Source of the DNA: Candidatus Heimdallarchaeum endolithica
GTDB lineage: Archaea; Asgardarchaeota; Heimdallarchaeia; Heimdallarchaeales; Heimdallarchaeaceae
Assembly (NCBI GenBank): GCA_021513715.1
Contig: CP084167.1
Location: 3,216,843-3,280,842, forward strand
Length of the DNA stretch: 64,000 bases
Direction: 5' to 3'
Part shown: positions 60,711 through 64,000 of the stretch, in pieces
How the letters are laid out: the number at the start of each line of letters is the position of its first letter
How positions within the stretch are numbered: the stretch's first letter is position 1
The notes under the pieces: generated by a model
Databases searched by the model: none
What the model was told of the DNA's origin: nothing
Seen by the model: only the letters and a program-made list of their open reading frames with translations
Translations under genes and position numbers: made by a program

Positions 60711-61112
60711 CTAATAATCGTCAAAGTCGTAAGGTATTAAATCTTCTCCATATTCTTTTTCCAATTCTCTAAGTTGCGCTTCTTCATTTTCATGATATAA
60801 ATCGTGAAGGATTACTAAAGCTACTCCTGGAGGAGATCCAATTAAAACACTTAATTCTCTGTAATCTATTCCAGGATTGTCTGGTATGATATTAGTTTGG
60901 ACATAACCTTTTAAGTTGGCGTAATTAGCGACACTTCTCACAGCATCAATAAGATCGTTAATTTTTCCTTGAAAACCAGGAAAATTAACGTGATTTAGTT
61001 TGTATTGCTTTATTTTCTCTCTAAATTTTCTTTTTTCTTCCTCTCTTTTTTTTCTAAGTTCTCTTACTTTCCTTCCTCTATCTTCGTCAATAAAATGCGT
61101 TAAATCGACCAT
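60711..61112 (-). CDS. hypothetical protein
   Basis: 133 aa ORF, basic N-terminal region. Confidence 0.35.
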   Translation of the reverse strand: MVDLTHFIDEDRGRKVRELRKKREEEKRKFREKIKQYKLNHVNFPGFQGKINDLIDAVRSVANYANLKGYVQTNIIPDNPGIDYRELSVLIGSPPGVALVILHDLYHENEEAQLRELEKEYGEDLIPYDFDDY

Positions 61113-61217
61113 TTTTTTACCCCAGCTATTTCCGACGCTCTAAGTTATAAATCGATAATAATAAAAAAAGTTATGTATTGATTTTTTTTCTGAAAGTGAA
61201 AGTTTTTTAGAATGTAA

Positions 61218-62717
61218 TTACTTAATCCAACCTTTACTTCTTTTCACTGCTTCATGCCATTTTTCTAGCATTTTGTCTTTTTTGTCGGTATCTAGGTGAG
61301 GAGTGAATTCAATATCAATAACAAAATTCTTTTCAATATCTATTAAATTCTCCCAGTATTCGACTGCTAATCCAGCTAAATAAGCAGCTCCTAAGGCTGT
61401 AGTCTCTTTCACTAGTGGACGTTGAACAATAGTTTGAGAAATGTCTGACTGGAATTGGAGAAGAGGATCGCAATTTGTTACTCCCCCATCAACTCTAAGA
61501 ACAGGAATATCTTTCCCTGAGTCCTTTTTCATAGCATCTATAACATCTTGAGATTGATAAACAATTGACTCAAGACCTGCACGAATAATATGATCCCTTG
61601 TTGTAGCTTGGGTTAAACCTATGATTATTCCTCTGGCGAAGGAATCCCAATATGGAGCTCCTAAACCAACAAAAGCAGGAACTAAATAGACTCCTTCAGT
61701 TGATGGAGTACGATTCATTATATCTGTTGTTTGTTTAACATCAGGAAGAATACCAATTTTATTTTTTAGCCAGTTTAAGAGTGCTCCAGTAATAAATACA
61801 CTTCCTTCAAGGGCATAAGTTGTTTGATCATTATCTATTTTCCATGCAACTGTAGATAGTAGGCCGTTTTTTGAGAAAACTATGTCTTTACCAGTATTTT
61901 GTAAGAGAAAATTACCTGTACCATAAGTGTTTTTTACAGAACCAGGTTGAAAACATGTTTGTCCAAAAAGAGCTGCTTGCTGATCTCCAGCAGCTCCAGA
62001 AACAGGAATAGAAATTGTAAAGAGCTCTTTCTTTGTTTCACCATAAGTATTTTTATCGCTTGAAGGTTTAATATCAGGAAGAGCAGAGATAATATCTTTT
62101 GGTAAACCAATTATCTCAATAAGTTCATCATCCCAAGTTCCTTTATGAATGTTCATGAGTAAAGTTCTTGAGGAATTAGAGTAATCTGTAACATGATTAC
62201 CAGTCAAGTTGTAAATTATCCAAGAATCAATAGTCCCAATTTGTAATCTTCCATCCTTTAGCATATCTTTTACTTTAGGAACATTATCGATTAACCATCT
62301 TATTTTTGTACCAGAAAAATAAGGGTCCAAAACTAGTCCTGTTTTTTTTCTAAAAAGATCTGAATAATTTTTCCTTAATTCTTCACAGAAATTAGCTGTT
62401 CTCCTACATTGCCAAACAATTGCATTGTGTAACGGTTTACCATTTTCTTTATTCCATGCAACAATTGTTTCTCTTTGATTTGTTATTCCTATTGCTTTAA
62501 TTTGAGAAAAATCAAGTTTTTCTTTGTTCACTGCATCTTTAATCACTTTTAAGGTATTTTCCAAAATCTCTTCTGGATTGTGTTCAACCCACCCTTCATT
62601 TGGAAAAATCTGTTGGTGTTCTAAATAGGAGTTAGAAACCTCTAAACCGTTTTTATTAAATATTATTGCTCTTGTTCCTGTTGTTCCTTGATCAATAGCT
62701 AAAATGTATTTATTCAT
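61218..62717 (-). CDS. glpK: glycerol kinase
   Basis: FGGY kinase: 'AIDQGTTGTR', 'GTGNFL', 'DGGVTN'. Confidence 0.9.
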   Translation of the reverse strand: MNKYILAIDQGTTGTRAIIFNKNGLEVSNSYLEHQQIFPNEGWVEHNPEEILENTLKVIKDAVNKEKLDFSQIKAIGITNQRETIVAWNKENGKPLHNAIVWQCRRTANFCEELRKNYSDLFRKKTGLVLDPYFSGTKIRWLIDNVPKVKDMLKDGRLQIGTIDSWIIYNLTGNHVTDYSNSSRTLLMNIHKGTWDDELIEIIGLPKDIISALPDIKPSSDKNTYGETKKELFTISIPVSGAAGDQQAALFGQTCFQPGSVKNTYGTGNFLLQNTGKDIVFSKNGLLSTVAWKIDNDQTTYALEGSVFITGALLNWLKNKIGILPDVKQTTDIMNRTPSTEGVYLVPAFVGLGAPYWDSFARGIIIGLTQATTRDHIIRAGLESIVYQSQDVIDAMKKDSGKDIPVLRVDGGVTNCDPLLQFQSDISQTIVQRPLVKETTALGAAYLAGLAVEYWENLIDIEKNFVIDIEFTPHLDTDKKDKMLEKWHEAVKRSKGWIK

Positions 62718-62755
62718 AGGTTTTTTTTGAAGAAAGTATTAATATGTTTTTTGTA

Positions 62756-63988
62756 CTATTTTAAAACTACAACTACTTGTTCTTCTATTTCTCCATTTAG
62801 AATCTCTTCATTTTGTTCAATTTTATCTTTTTTCTGATTATCTTTTCGCGTGTTAATATATTGTCTATTTTTCCATTGGATTGGTTTTCCTAGAACTCCT
62901 TGAATTATAGAAATAATAATTATAATAACTGTTATTGTCATTCCAATAGGATGGAAAAGATAGAAAAATAAGCTACCATCTCCCCTTTTGTGCCAATAAC
63001 TAAAATAACTTGCTGAAAAGCCAAAATATAATCCCAAATTAAATAATAGATCAATTGACCAAACAGGATTATCAACAATGGTTTGTACAACAAAATAAGC
63101 AGAGATAAAACTATATGATATCCATAATATGATGAAGAAGATCCTCCAAATAGGAAAATTAAGTAACCCTTCAAAAATCACTTTTCTAAATCCTTTATAA
63201 AAAGATAGAAAATTATCAGGATACATTCTAGTTGAAACGAGTCTATTTGGTTCTAGAAAATATATTTTTTGACCAAATTCTTTCACTCTTTTAGCTAGTG
63301 CGATATCTTCGATAATAGAGTCTTTTACTGCTTCATGTCCTCCAATTATTTCATAACCTTTTCTTGTGAAGAGAAGATATTGACCAATTGCCATGTAAGC
63401 TCTTTTATTATTTTTATCTATGATATCTTTCATAGGTCCCCCAACAAAATAACTTAAGAAGAAGTAATAGCCTATCATGTACTCATACCACTTCTTAGCT
63501 TTTTGATAAGGAAGCATGGAAACAAGAGTAGATTCAGAACCTAAAAGTTGAAAAATGTTTATCTTTAATGACCTTTCTTCGTGAAAAGTATCTGCATCAG
63601 TAAACAAAAGAATATCTCCTTTTGATTCTTTATAACCCAGATAGCATCCATAGCTTTTACCCATCCATCCTCTGGGGACTTCAGAATCAACAATCACCAC
63701 ATCAGCATACTCATTAGCAATTTGAACAGTTGCGTCCTTTGATCCTCCATCAGAAACAATAATTTCTATTTTTTCTTTTGGATAATCTAAATTTTTTAAA
63801 CTTTCCAAACAATTTTTGATATTTCTTTCCTCGTTTAATGTGGGGATGATAATACTAACTTTAGGAAGATTTGCATCAGTAACAGGTTTGAGTTGCCAAC
63901 CTATTGCACTGCCTTTTTGAATCCAGATAAGATAAAGAAGGCAAACAAGAACTAATAATAAATATAGCCCATTATACAATAATTTCAT
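62756..63988 (-). CDS. family-2 glycosyltransferase with C-terminal multi-TM domain
   Basis: 'SIIIPTLNEE', 'DGGSKD', 'DADT' GT-A motifs; hydrophobic C-terminal half. Confidence 0.7.
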   Translation of the reverse strand: MKLLYNGLYLLLVLVCLLYLIWIQKGSAIGWQLKPVTDANLPKVSIIIPTLNEERNIKNCLESLKNLDYPKEKIEIIVSDGGSKDATVQIANEYADVVIVDSEVPRGWMGKSYGCYLGYKESKGDILLFTDADTFHEERSLKINIFQLLGSESTLVSMLPYQKAKKWYEYMIGYYFFLSYFVGGPMKDIIDKNNKRAYMAIGQYLLFTRKGYEIIGGHEAVKDSIIEDIALAKRVKEFGQKIYFLEPNRLVSTRMYPDNFLSFYKGFRKVIFEGLLNFPIWRIFFIILWISYSFISAYFVVQTIVDNPVWSIDLLFNLGLYFGFSASYFSYWHKRGDGSLFFYLFHPIGMTITVIIIIISIIQGVLGKPIQWKNRQYINTRKDNQKKDKIEQNEEILNGEIEEQVVVVLK

Positions 63989-64000
63989 TTAATATCTTCC

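Noticed and set aside
1-64000. Scan for CRISPR arrays, rRNA genes and tRNA genes
   Set aside because: No regularly spaced direct repeats with unique spacers were found. No long GC-rich rRNA-like stretches or cloverleaf-compatible GC islands were seen by eye.

Overview
AT-rich (roughly 30% GC) archaeal chromosomal segment. Archaeal information-processing genes are unambiguous: TFIIB (tfb), archaeal/eukaryotic-type GlyRS, RNA polymerase subunit P, aSUI1. Several eukaryote-like signature proteins sit among them: a Rab/Ras-like small GTPase with all five G boxes, a tandem roadblock/longin-domain protein, a RING/PHD-like cross-brace zinc finger, a Get3/ArsA ATPase with CxxC, and a flotillin-NfeD pair. 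Together with the composition this is inferred to indicate an Asgard (Lokiarchaeia-like) genome. No database search was possible. Housekeeping blocks: purA, the porGDAB pyruvate:ferredoxin oxidoreductase operon, a pyrimidine cluster (pyrE and pyrF-pyrC-pyrK-pyrD), glpK, Nnr and an S9 peptidase. Mobile DNA: a TnpB (IS200/IS605-type RNA-guided nuclease) gene lies antisense at the window start and explains four spurious low-complexity plus-strand ORFs. A TnpB C-terminal relic lies about 2 kb away. An IS4-family element with terminal inverted repeats is inserted between a radical-SAM/TRAM gene and SUI1. Other notable content: five DegV paralogs (three in tandem), a class II (bacterial/eukaryotic-type) nucleotidyltransferase, a CitG-like protein, a Hel308-like helicase with Zn-finger extensions, a His-rich 27-bp tandem repeat inside an NfeD gene, and a candidate C/D box sRNA. 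No CRISPR array, rRNA or tRNA was found.
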